Shown piece by piece: positions 1 through 12,324 of a stretch of 64,000 nt of DNA. Both the position numbers and the translations under genes were made by a program. The stretch covers positions 1 to 64,000 of the forward strand of contig JBODTK010000157.1 of NCBI GenBank assembly GCA_050613775.1. Direction: 5' to 3'. Positions within the stretch are counted from its first letter, which is position 1; the number at the start of each line of letters is the position of its first letter. The DNA is from Neocallimastix sp. 'constans'. Taxonomy: Eukaryota. The notes beneath the pieces were generated by a model. That model was not told where the DNA came from. It saw only the letters and a program-made list of their open reading frames with translations, and did not search any database.

Positions 1-245
1 AAATAAAATAAAAAATAAAATAAAAAATAAAATAAAAAATAAAATAAAAAATAAAATAAAAAATAAAATAAAAAATAAAATAAAAAATAAAATAAAAAAT
101 AAAATAAAAAATAAAATAAAAAATAAAATAAAAAATAAAATAAAAAATAAAATAAAAAAAATAAAATAAAAAATAAAATAAAAAATAAAATAAAAAATAA
201 AATAAAAAATAAAATAAAAAATAAAATAAAAAATAAAATAAAAAA
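1..245. repeat. 11-bp minisatellite (AAATAAAATAA)n, truncated by the window start
   Basis: Visible periodic A/T array. Confidence 0.9.
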
Positions 246-318
246 ATAATAAAAAGAATTATCCTTTGATTCAATTTATATAAAATTTAAACTTTTTTTT
301 TTTCCGTAAAATTTATCC

Positions 319-349
<31 letters not shown>

Positions 350-757
350 ATTTATTCAATTATTCAATTATTCTATCATTTATTATTATTAAAAGATTTT
401 ATTATTTATTATTTATTATTTATTATTAAATTATTCCTTTTTTTTTTTTTTTATTAATAAAAAATAAAAAAAAAAATTAATTTTAATTATTAGATTCAAT
501 TTATATTTTCTTTTTGGTTATATTTAAAAAATATACATATATACAATATAACATTGTTATGCTCTTTTTCGATTATAAAATATTTTTATCTTTTAATTTA
601 TATATATAATAAAATATATTTATTATGCCTATTATAATACAAGAAATTAACTATTATTTTTGAAAATATATATTTTAAAAAAAAAAAAAAAAAATTGGAA
701 AAGTTGATCTTCGTAACATTGTTTTTATTTATATAATAAGATTTATAATTTCGATTT

Positions 758-955
758 GGGAGAGTTGCATTTCCCCAGATTGCATTTCGCCAAGTGGCGT
801 AGTATTAAAATGTTGCATTTCCCCAAGTTGCTATTCGCCAGGTTGCATTTCGACAAGTAGAGTATTGATATAAATAAATGAATAAATAAATAGATATTAA
901 TTCAAAATATATTTTTTTTAAAATTGTTTTTATTCGATATTAATAATAATTATTT

Positions 956-987
<32 letters not shown>

Positions 988-1049
988 TAATTTTCAATCT
1001 GGCGAAATGCAGCTTGGCGAATAGCAATTTGGCGAAATGCCCCACACCC
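758..1049 (+). mobile_element. MITE family A, copy 1 (non-autonomous DNA transposon)
   Basis: Ends are GGGAGAGTTGCATTTC...GAAATGCCCCACACCC (imperfect terminal inverted repeats, TIRs). It has ~15-bp subterminal repeats like TTGCATTTCGCCAAG and an AT-rich core. Flanks are ATAATTTCGATTT / ATTATTTCGATTT. Three more copies occur in the window. Confidence 0.88.
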
Positions 1050-1128
1050 ATTATTTCGATTTAATTTAAATTATTAAAACCTAACCAATAAATATATATA
1101 TAAAGGTTAGTTTAATAAAATGAAAAAA

Positions 1129-1477
1129 GGACCATGCATTTCCCAATGTGGCGTATTTTTGTATATGGCTTTTTTTAATAATCAAATAAATAATAATTAA
1201 ATAAATAATAAATATTCATTTTTTTAATATATAATTTATTAATATTCAATTATAAAAATAATTTTTTCTAATTCTATTTTAATAGAATATATTATTATTT
1301 CTTTTGAAATAGTTATTTAATAATATTTAATTGAAAAAATATATTATTATTTCTTTTAAATTAATAATTATTTATATAATTGTTTATGACCGTATAGAAT
1401 ATCTTAAAAATGTATGGCTTTATTTAATATTTTATACGCCACATTGAGAAATACACTATTACGAAATGAACGATCCC
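1129..1477 (+). mobile_element. MITE family B with a perfect 9-bp TSD (Mutator-like)
   Basis: ATGAAAAAA occurs at 1120-1128 and 1478-1486. Subterminal inverted repeat TTTCCCAATGTGGCGTAT / ATACGCCACATTGAGAAA; GG...CCC ends. Confidence 0.75.
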
Positions 1478-2453
1478 ATGAAAAAATTTTATTCAAGAAT
1501 AATAATACTAAAAAAAATATAATGTAAATAAAAATTGATAATGTTAAAAAAAATAATATTATTAATAATTAATTATCTTTTAATAATTTATTAGTAAACT
1601 CTACAATTATCTCATGTTCATAAAAAAATTAAATAAATATTATATTTTTTATTGTATATATATCTATATTTTTTAGTATTCATCATAATGTTAACCACTT
1701 TTTATTATTTACTTTTATAAAATAAAAATTACACCTTATTTAATAATTTAATAACTACTCAAATAAAAATAATTGATTATTACCAAAGATAAATTTTAAT
1801 ATTACCATAAAAATTTTAAACTATATCAGAATAAATTTGAATTATGTAATATTTACTTAATTTAAAAAAAAAAGTATAATATATCGAATATATATAAACA
1901 TAGATATTAAAATATATATATATATATATTATATGGGTAATAGATATACTCTAAAAAAAATCAAGAAAATAAAAGATGATTATATTAATTAAAATATGAA
2001 TAAAATGATTGTAATATGGGTGAAATTAGAGAAAGAGGAAAAAAATATTAGTCAAGGTAGATATGATTATATTATTTATTAATATCATTTAAAAGTATTG
2101 TAGGTCAATTTTCATTAAAATGATTTTTATAAATTAGTTATGTAAAATATATATAGATAATATTTTAAAATGATCTTCTTTATTTTAGAGAACAATACAA
2201 TATAAAAAAACATTTAACATATAATTTATTTAATAATTTTGTATTTTACATACTAATACTAGTACTAATAATAATAATAACTCACTAAACACAAAGAATA
2301 AACATTCGGTAATTTATTATTATATAATTAAAAAGGTATAAGTAAAATGTAAAATGAAAAAAATTTATAAACTTAAATTTACAATAAATGAAGTATAATA
2401 AATAATAGTTTTCTCAATCTCACAATTGTTTATTAATAATGAGAAGTCCATTT

Positions 2454-2725
2454 CTTTTTTTTTTTTTTTTTCTTTTTTTATTTATTTCCGGTGTGTACTG
2501 TCCTTGATTTCAGTTACCCCCCCTCAGGAGGGGTGGGAATATTGAGGTAGTTACATACTTCCTTTTTATAAAGGCAGAATTATACCTACTGGACGACATT
2601 AATGATTGTTTCAGTATTGGCACCCTGGTATGTATATTTTTACTGAGAATTTTACTAGTACTAATTCTCTGAGTGCTTTCCCAGTTCGTAGTTTCCCTTT
2701 GAATCGAGGTTAATATAACCTAACC
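2454..2725 (-). mobile_element. 3' end of a poly(A)-tailed non-LTR retroelement (LINE 3' fragment)
   Basis: A poly-T run is followed by GC-richer sequence that aligns by eye with the reverse complement of 39565-40011. Shared blocks include TTTATTTCCGRTGTGTAC, GGCAGAA, GAGTGCTTYYCCAGTTC and TATAACYTAACC. Confidence 0.65.
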
Positions 2726-2953
2726 TCTGAAATTTTAGTAGTTGTAAAATTGCCAAAAAGATGTTTTACATATAGTGCTATTTTATCACTTCATAACTGT
2801 TAAATTATTCAAATGGTAATTTATTATTTCATAATTAAAAATATATAAATAAAATGTAATTTTTTTTTATAGACTGAAGACTTATGTCTCCCCCATTTGT
2901 TAATATGAGTGTGTGCTTAACTACCATACCGGTACGGCGTCGACACTCGCAAC

Positions 2954-3178
2954 GGGAGAGTTGCATTTCCCCAAGTTGTATTTCGCCAGGTTGCATTTCG
3001 ACAAGTGGAGTATTGATATAAATAAATGAATAAATAAATAAATATTAATTCAAAATAATTTTTTTTTAAAATTGTTTTTATTCGATATTAATAATATTTA
3101 ATTTTATTTATTGATTTATTTATTTATTTAATAATTTTCAATTTGGCGAAATGCAACCTGGCGAAATGCCCCACACCC
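2954..3178 (+). mobile_element. MITE family A, copy 2
   Basis: Same termini and core as 758-1049. CTCGCAAC is duplicated at 2946-2953 and 3180-3187. Confidence 0.9.
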
Positions 3179-4517
3179 GCTCGCAACTCCCTATAAGTAA
3201 AGAAACTCCAATATAGAAGCTCTCTTTGCGATCCTCAAGGGAAAGCAGAGCTCACTATAGGTGGCCTCCTTGCCATCCCAGAGGAGCTGGAAACCGCAAT
3301 TCTTTCAGACAAGGCTTACGCAATGGGATCCTTAAAGTGTTAGAAATATAGAAAACATACCTACCTCAGTATCATTTAACCCCTAACCATAATGATTATC
3401 AACGCTGAATGATAATAATTGAGAAATAGTAAATGATTGATATCTAAATAATGATATTATAAAAAAAAAACTTTAATTAAATTGGTGTAATTTTATTCAA
3501 TGGAAGATAAAAGGAGACATAGGTTTTATATCATTAAATGAAATTGCTGATTTATTCCAAGTATCTAGTTAGTTAGATGTGTACATCGAAAAGGTATCTA
3601 TACTGGCATTTATACAAAGATCTGTGGTGATTCATAAATCTGCAATATCTGCAGAAAGATCATTATCTCCAGAAACAATGGATGATGATTTGGGTATTGA
3701 ATTGTTGCTAGAAGGGCCGAAATTTGATTGCTATAACATATTTTTCTTTTTAATCAAATAACCTAGTACATTGCTATTATTATAAAATAATAAAACATAA
3801 GTAACAATTGAAAATTTTTAATTTTTCGGTATCACCTGTATATTTTTTATAAATATATTTGATTATTTATTTAATTTTTAAAATAAACTATTTTAAAAAT
3901 AATTAATAATAAATATTGATAATTGATATAAGAAGAGATAGTACCACACAAAAATTTTTAATGTATTTATGTTGGAAAAAATTTTGTAATTCATTTCATA
4001 TGCACTACCAAAAGTAAAGTTAATTATCCTATTTATTTTTATTTTTATTATGTATTTTTTTTGTCATTATATAATTAAAAACTGTATATATATAAAAATA
4101 TATTTTAATTTTGTTGATTCTATGTGAAACATGAATATATTTACTTGGTGATAAAATTTTATTATTTGAATTTTAAAATTAATTTTCTTTTAATACAATT
4201 TTCTATAATATATAGATTTCATATTGAATTGAAATTTTGATAATTTTTTAATTATTTTTGAAATTCTTCTATTTATTACAATAAATAATGTTTATGATAA
4301 AATTGTATAATGATAAAAAAATATAAAAATTATGTAAACATTGAATATATTTATAAAAAATATGTGTTTCTTGATATAATAAAGAATTTTTAATATTATT
4401 TAAAAAATATTTGAATTATTTAAAATTTATGTAATCATTGTATATATTTATGGAAAACAGGTGCTTCATAATAAAAACATAATTATTTTGAATAATGAAA
4501 TTAATTTTTAACCAAAA

Positions 4518-4959
4518 CATAGACTTGCACATATGGGTACCCATCTCCCATATGGCCATACAGTTATTAATTAACTGTAAGGTGATGAGTTATTGGCATA
4601 CTGTATCAGCTTCGCCGCTCTCAATCGTCGTTACACACTGCCCGGAGATGCATTCCTAACGTTCCTACATATATCTCTAATGACCACGAGCATCAGAACG
4701 GAACCATTAACTCCTCCCTAGTGGGTGTAATCATTGGCGATTGGAAATTTTACAATCATCAAGGTCTATGCTTCAATTCAAAGCGTAGTATCAGGGTTGG
4801 GTGAAATAATCATCTGAGGGAAAGCCTTATGGACATCACGTGTGGTCTCATGATATCCCAGGATAGAAACCTCATCCAATTATTTGGTGCCATGCCGAGG
4901 ATTCGAACCCCGCCCTCTACAGTGACCTGTATCGTCCTAACCGACTGGACCAACATGGC
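4518..4959 (-). mobile_element. tRNA-derived SINE, full length, with a 15-bp TSD
   Basis: AATTTTTAACCAAAA occurs at 4503-4517 and 4960-4974. The element starts exactly at position +1 of a tRNA-like cloverleaf (4959-4885) with Pol III A and B boxes. A ~365-bp GC-richer body follows, with a 3' stem-loop (CATATGGG...CCCATATG). Confidence 0.85.
4885..4959 (-). pseudogene. tRNA-like head of the SINE (Asp-like, defective anticodon arm, encoded CCA)
   Basis: Sequence GCCATGTTGGTCCAGTCGGTTAGGACGATACAGGTCACTGTAGAGGGCGGGGTTCGAATCCTCGGCATGGCACCA. The acceptor, D and T stems pair. The GTC-containing loop is 4 or 6 nt, not 7. Confidence 0.75.
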
Positions 4960-6152
4960 AATTTTTAACCAAAAAAAAAAAAAAAAAAAAAACTCAGTTA
5001 TTTATGATAAATAGCTTTCATATTGAATAAAGGTGTTAAATAAACAAAAATTGAATAATTTTTTTTTGAAATTTTGACAATTTTTCAATAATTTTTGAAA
5101 TTCATCAATTTCATTATAAACTTTTTTGTTGAGTAAGTATTGAATGATAATTAAAAATTCGGAATTTATGTAATCATTGAATATATATGAATCTATGTGG
5201 TTTGAAAAATATTTAAAAACTATTAAACTATTAATATTATTTATTTTTTTTTAATATATAATTATTAGTAGTACTATTTGTGGACAGATAGGTATGTGTT
5301 GAATAACAAGAATATTAGATAGTAAAAAAAAAAAAAGAAAAAGAAAAAAGAAATTACAATAATTTTAATTTTTAGAGAAATTTCACTTCTTTTTTTTTTT
5401 TTTTTTTTTCATAAGTTTTTGGAATTCACCAACTTTAAAAAGTCTTATTAACTTCTATTAAAACGAAAAAGAAATAAATAAATAAAAATTTAATATAATG
5501 AATAAATTTATGGAAAACATATATTAGACATATAATAAAATATAAATAAATTTATTTAATAACAAATACATATATATAAATAAAAATTTCACATAATAAA
5601 AAAGTATTTATTATTTAAAATAATGATGAAAATATAAAAGTTTAGATAAAGATATTTTTTATTTTCTTTAAAAAAAATTTTTTTTTTTCTTCTTTTTCTT
5701 TTTCTTTTCATTTTCATTTTATTTTTTAACAATTATATAAAATAAAATAAGAAAGTATGCCATGCTATAAAACTTTTATTTCATATTAAAAAAAAAAAAA
5801 AAGTTTTTATCTAAATTTGATCTATTCAAACTATTCAAAAACAACAACAACAAAAAAAAAAAGATTTAATATATTTTAAATTAGATTAAAATAATTAAAT
5901 AATTAAATAATAAAATGAATAAATAATAATAAAATAAATAAATAATAATAAAATGAATAAATGATAATAAAATGAATAAATGATAATAAAATGAATAAAT
6001 GATAATAAAATAAATAAATAAATAAATAAATTATATGATAAATAAAATAAATAAATGAAAAAGAAAATAAAAAAATATATTTTTTTTTTTATATATTATA
6101 TTAGAATTTATGGATGGAGAATATTTATTTTAAATTATTTTAAATATCTTTT

Positions 6153-6184
<32 letters not shown>

Positions 6185-6270
6185 TTAATGTCGATGATAA
6201 AAAAAAAAGCATTAATTTATAAATTATGATCATTTTTTATTTTTATAATTAATATATATTATATAAATAA

Positions 6271-6326
<56 letters not shown>

Positions 6327-6923
6327 GTTTAAAACTAAATATATTGAAATATTAAATATCTAAAATAAATTTAATTCATTTTAAAAAACAATTTTCTTAA
6401 ATATCATTTTTATTATAATAATCTATTATTTGCTACATTAATAATCTACTTTTTTCTTTCTTTCTTTCTTTCATTTTTTTTTTTTTTTTAATAAAAGGAT
6501 AGTAATATTTCTAATAATAAAGATTAAAAATAACTTTTTTTTTTTAATAAAAAATAATTGTTAATAAATTAAAATAAAATTTTATATAGTCTATTTATTC
6601 TATAAAAAAAAAAAAAATAAAAGCTTCGTCTATTAATAAAAGTTTGGGTTTAATTGTTAATAAAAATTCTTATCAAGGAAATAAATTTGGGTTTTAATTT
6701 AATAAATAAAAAATTCTATAGAAAATTATTTATAACGATCTATCTATCTATTTAACTAAACGATGAATAGTAATTATAATAAATTGTAATTATAATCATA
6801 ATCATAATTATTTATTTATTTCTAATATATATTGATAAAAGTTAAAGATGAATAAATAAATAAAAAAAAAATTAAATTATATAATTGAATTTTCTAGATA
6901 TTTTATATTATTATTATTATTAT

Positions 6924-6957
<34 letters not shown>

Positions 6958-7641
6958 TTTTTTGATTATAATTAATTATTATCATTTTCTAACCTACTTC
7001 ATTATTCATTTATATTTATATTTTAAATATTTTTTATCTTTAAAAATTATTATTACTACTATTTTTTTTATTTTTGTCTTTATTTTATTTTTATATTTAT
7101 TTTTATTTAAATTTAATTTATATTTAGATATAAAAATATATTTAAGTGATTTTTTTTTTTTTTTAAAAAAAGTCATTTAATATATTTATAATAGAAAAAT
7201 TTTAAAAAAAAAAAAATTTTTTTTTTTTCTTTTATTATATATATAAAATAAAGGAAAAAAAAAATTTTTTTTTTATTATTCTTAGTATTATGATCATTAT
7301 TATTAAGAAAAATAAAAATGAAATAAAAAATAAAATAAAAAAATCTAAAAAAAAGAGGTTATTATTACAAAAGTATATAAATAATTTTTATTATTATTAT
7401 TTTTTTTTTAAAATTATAATTTAATTAATATATAAATATTATATACTATATTATTTTTTTTATCTAAACTTAAAAATTATTTTTTTTTTTTTTTTTTTTT
7501 TTTCATTTTCTATATACTTTTTATTATTTTCATTTTCCTTTTTATTTTTTTATTTTTTTTTATGAAATATAAAAAAAATTTAAAAATAGACTTTTATTAA
7601 AAATTAAATATTCTTACAAATATTGAAATGATTTATTTTAT

Positions 7642-9957
7642 TTAATGAGCATATGGATGGTAACCATGTGAACTACGTGATTGTGATTGTTGACCTTGAA
7701 CAGGATTAGAAGCATTTCCAGAGTATCCTCCTCCGTTCATACTATTTACTCTTGAATTACCATAACCAGAATTATATCCGTAATTGTTAGTAGCATCACC
7801 AGCACGATTTCCATATCCATAACCTTGTCCTCCATTATTATTGTATTGATATCTTGGATTATATCCAAATGAATAATTTTGTTGACCAGATCCACCATGG
7901 CCTCTATAATACATATTCATATTATCATATCCACCATAACCATAACCGTTACCATTTCCATAGCCATAATAACCACCACGGTTTCCTCTATTTCCATAAT
8001 CACGACCATATCCCATCATACCATATCCACCTCTCATATATCTTGGATCACCCATTCTTGAATTACGTATTGGGCCAGCATAACTTCTACGTTGATCCAT
8101 CATATAATTATTTCTACGAGACATATGATTCATTTTAGCAGTTTTGCTTTTTGGTAATGCTCTTTTAACTTCGACCTTTATATTTTTATTTTATTTTATT
8201 TTATTATAAAAATTATTAATTACCAAAAAAAAAAAAATTTTAATTAATAAATTTATTATATTTGATTAATTAACTTTTTTTTGATTATTTTTTCCCCACG
8301 TAATAAATTAATTAACTATTATTACTCTTTTTTTTTTTTTTTTTTTTTAAACTAAAAGAATTAAAGATACTTACAGGTTTATCTTTAATAATAATTTCAC
8401 CTTGTTTAGCTAAAACAGCTTCAACACTTTGGTCATTATCAAATGTAATAAAACCAAAACCACGAGGACGTCCAGTATCTTTATTAGACATTAAAGTTGC
8501 TTCAACAACATTACCGAATTGAGAGAAATATTCTTTGAATTCTTCTTCAGTAACTTCTGGTTTGACACCACCAACAAAAATTTTTTCAGTTTTTTCTTGT
8601 TCTTCACGAGGGATAGCACGTTTTGGATCAATCTATATTTGAAAAAATATTAATATATTAATATTATCAATATTTATTTTAATATAAATAAATGAAATAA
8701 ATGAAATAAATGAAATAAATAAATTAGTAAATAAATATATGTTAACTCATTAATTATTTTATTAATATTATAATTGTCCTTGTTTTTTTTTTTTTTTTTC
8801 TTTTTTTTTTTTATCTTTTATTGTAATATTTACATCTTTTCCATCAAGATTATGTTTTTTCTTTAAAATTTCATCAATAACTGATGGATCTTTGAAAGTT
8901 AAGAAACCAAAACAACGTGACATACCATTATCAGTACGCATTACGACGCAATCTATAATTTCACCAAACTGAGAGAAATAATTACGAAGGTTTTCTGAAT
9001 AAATATTTGTATTAATTATACGAAAAAAGATTAATATAAGCTTTATAATGTAATTTTTATTATTTATATTTGTATTTGTATTTTTATTTTCTATTTTTGT
9101 TAAATATGTGTATATATATATATAAACTTGCTTTACTAATTTTAAAAATTTCATCTTTCCTATTATTTATTTAAATAATAAATATTTATGGACTAAATTT
9201 TTAAAACTAGATTACTAGGCTATTATAGTTTATTTGATAACTAAAGTCACTACTTGGCTTATTATTTTAATTTTTATTCTTAACTTTTATTTCTTTCTTT
9301 CTTATTCTTTATTTTTTTTTATTTTATTTTTTTCTTAACTCTGTTGCTGTCCTATCTTAACTATATCTTACCATCTGTTGTTTCAATATTAAGACCTCCT
9401 ACAAATATTTTTCTATTGTAATTTCATTTATTTTATATTTTCATATTTTAAATATTTATTTATATTTATTTATATTTAATATTATAATATTATATTATGA
9501 TAATTTTATTATAATAAAAATATTAATATTAAAAGCTATATTAGTTATTTACTCTATATTTATTATATAAAATATATAATTTTTATTTTTTTATTTTTAT
9601 TTATTTTTTTTTAATTTTAAAATAATTATTAAAAACTCTAAAATTTAAATATTTTTCAATTAAAGTTTTATTTATAAAAATATTTGTAGAAGATGAAATT
9701 TTTTTTGTTTTATTTATTTTTTTATTTAATATTATATATTTTAATAAAAAACAATTTTTTTTAAAAATTTACCCTTCTTCATTTTTTTGTTCTGAAGTTT
9801 TAGATTCTGAATTTTCATTATTATCTCCTGATTCACCATTGTCTGCATTTTCAGAACTCTTTTTGACTTCATCATTTGATAATTGAGTAGAAGGATCGTT
9901 AGTACCTGAATCTACTGTAGATTTTTGCTCTTGATTTTCAACTTCTTGTTGATCCAT
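7642..9957 (-). CDS. HRP1: Hrp1/Musashi/hnRNP A/B-like RNA-binding protein with two RRMs and a Gly/Tyr/Asn-rich tail; exons 9957-9773, 9412-9372, 8994-8834, 8632-8375, 8175-7642
   Basis: The spliced translation gives KIFVGGL...SRCFGFLTF...IDPKRAIPREEQEKTEKIFVGG...RPRGFGFITF...VEVKRA. All four introns are GT-AG and keep the frame. Confidence 0.9.
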
Positions 9958-11172
9958 TGTAATTAACTTTATATATTTATATTATATATATAAATAAATA
10001 AAAATGAATATGACAATGATTTTTTTTAATATTTATTTAAATCCTATATATTCAATGTAATAAACTTACTTCTATGTATTATTAGAAAAAAAAAAGTATT
10101 ATTGAAATTATTGTAAAATTCTAAATTTCATTAATATATGAATTTTTGATGAGAAAAAAATATATTATAGGTTTGATTTTCAAAATGTAATTTATATAAT
10201 ATATATAATGTTTATATGAACGGAAAAACAATACAAAAAAAAAAAAAAAGATTAGTAAAAAATATATAAATACGTAAATATATATATATAGATAAAAGTT
10301 AAGTTAAAATTTGTAAAATTTAATCCTTTTTCTTTTTTTTTAAAATATATAAAGAACAGCAATAAAAATTAATATTACCTATATAAAGAATTTTTTATTT
10401 AAAAATAGCTTTTGTTAAATAATAGATTATAATTAAAATAAAAAAAAACTTTATGGCTTGATCTCAGTATTACCACTAAGTATATATATATATATATATA
10501 TAAAATGAATAAATTTTAAAATTATATTTTAAATTAGTTATAAAATAATAATAATAAAAATCATAAAATTAAAAAATAATATTTAATTATATATATATAT
10601 ATATAAAGATTATTATTATTTATTATTTTTTAATTATTATTATTTATTTATTTTTATTAAAATAAATGAATAAACATATTTTATATTTATTTGGTTTAAT
10701 TACATTTCACCACTTTACGGAATTGGATATTAGATCACTAAATAATACCTATCAAATATTTATTATTTTTTGCAAAGAAGATTAAGAAAAATAAAACTTT
10801 TTTTATTATTATTAATTTTTTTATTATTATTTATTTAATATTTAAAATTATTAATAAAAAAAATTTTTTTTTTTTTTTTCCTTAATTTATTTTTTTAATA
10901 AAAAGATATATTAAAATAAGTTAATAACAAAAAAGTATATTTCATATTTAATTATAATATTCAATATTCAAAATTATGTTATTAAATAGAACATTAAGCA
11001 TCATACTCTATATTAATTAACATTAAAGAATAAAAGAAAAAAGAAAAAAAAAAAAGAAAATGTTATTAGAAAAAAGTTAATTCATAACTAACTTACCTAC
11101 CTATCTAACTAACTAACTAACTAAATAAATAACTAACTAACTAATTAACTAAATAAATAAATAAATAATAAA

Positions 11173-11204
<32 letters not shown>

Positions 11205-11315
11205 TAATAAATAATAAATAAATATTTAAAGTAATAAAACAAATACAAATAAATATAATTAATTAGTATTATATTATATATTTTAATTAAATGGAATTTA
11301 TTTTAGTACAAATAA

Positions 11316-11512
11316 TGATGAAAATATGAATTTAATTAGATTAATCAAATCAATAATAATATAATAAATATTGGCCAATTAAAATAAATTAAATAACACA
11401 TCATACATTACACATTACATTAATGGAATTTATGTATCAATGAAATAATTAATCGTACATTAAATACTAAAATTAATAAGGATTAGATTATTACATTTTA
11501 AAGTGAACATCA
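11316..11512. mobile_element. Possible solo LTR
   Basis: TGATG...CATCA ends and 197 bp long. The flanks AATAA/CATAA match at 4 of 5 positions. Size is similar to the other solo LTRs. Confidence 0.35.
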
Positions 11513-11554
11513 CATAATAAATAATAATACAAATTAGTATTAATAAATAATTTA

Positions 11555-11820
11555 TAAATAATAAATAATACATAATAAATAATAAATAATAAATAATAAA
11601 TAATTGAATAATAAATAATAAATAATAAATAATAAGTAATAAATAATAAATAATAAATAATAAATAATAAATAATAAATAATAAGTAATAAATAATAAAT
11701 AATAAATAATAAATAATAAATAATAAATAATAAATAATAAATAATAAATAATAAATAATAAATAATAAATAATAAATAATAAATAATAAATAATAAATAA
11801 TAAATAATAAATAATAAAAT
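11555..11820. repeat. (AATAAAT)n heptamer microsatellite
   Basis: Visible array. The same unit or its complement recurs near 22278-22500, 35360-35860, 37950-38340, 39005-39420, 48470-49005 and 50375-50545. Confidence 0.9.
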
Positions 11821-12324
11821 AATAATTAATAAATAATTGAATAAATAAATATATAAATAAATAACTATATTAATATTTGTTAAATAATATTAAATAAATT
11901 TTAATTAAGATGTGAACTACTGATTATTATAATTTGATTAACTATATAAAGAAAAAAAAATTTATTTTAAAAACATTCTTGTATATTTCTATTATTAATT
12001 TTTTTTTTTTTTTTTTATTTATTTTGTCTTGTTTTATTTTATATTAAGATGTTATAACCATTTTAAGATATAGTATGTAAATGATAGAATAAATTATTTA
12101 AATTGAATGGTAATAACCAAATAATTTAATATATATATTTTTATAATATATAATAAAATATTATTAATTAAAAAAAAAAAAAAACGAAAAATTTTACTTT
12201 ACATAATCTTTTTATATATATATATATATATCTATTATAAATAAAAATTTGAAGACAATATATTTAAAGGAGTAGAGAAAAAAAAAAAAAGTGAATTTCA
12301 AATATTATTATAATACATAATAAA

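Noticed and set aside
758..860. Repeated ~15-bp units as a CRISPR array
   Set aside because: The units are adjacent without unique spacers, are mirrored at the other end of the element, and there are no cas genes. They are MITE subterminal repeats.
3500..3780. 60-aa plus-strand ORF 3579-3761 as a gene
   Set aside because: Non-ATG start and no recognisable motif. The minus strand looks more coding-like but has stops, so this is an unclassifiable remnant.
4885..4959. Functional tRNA-Asp gene
   Set aside because: The anticodon loop is not 7 nt and lacks U33, and the sequence is the head of a TSD-bounded insertion.
7854..8138. Antisense or alternate-frame ORFs over real genes (also within 25533-32937, at 47154 and within 54705-55792)
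   Set aside because: These are shadows of the true CDS with no independent protein features.
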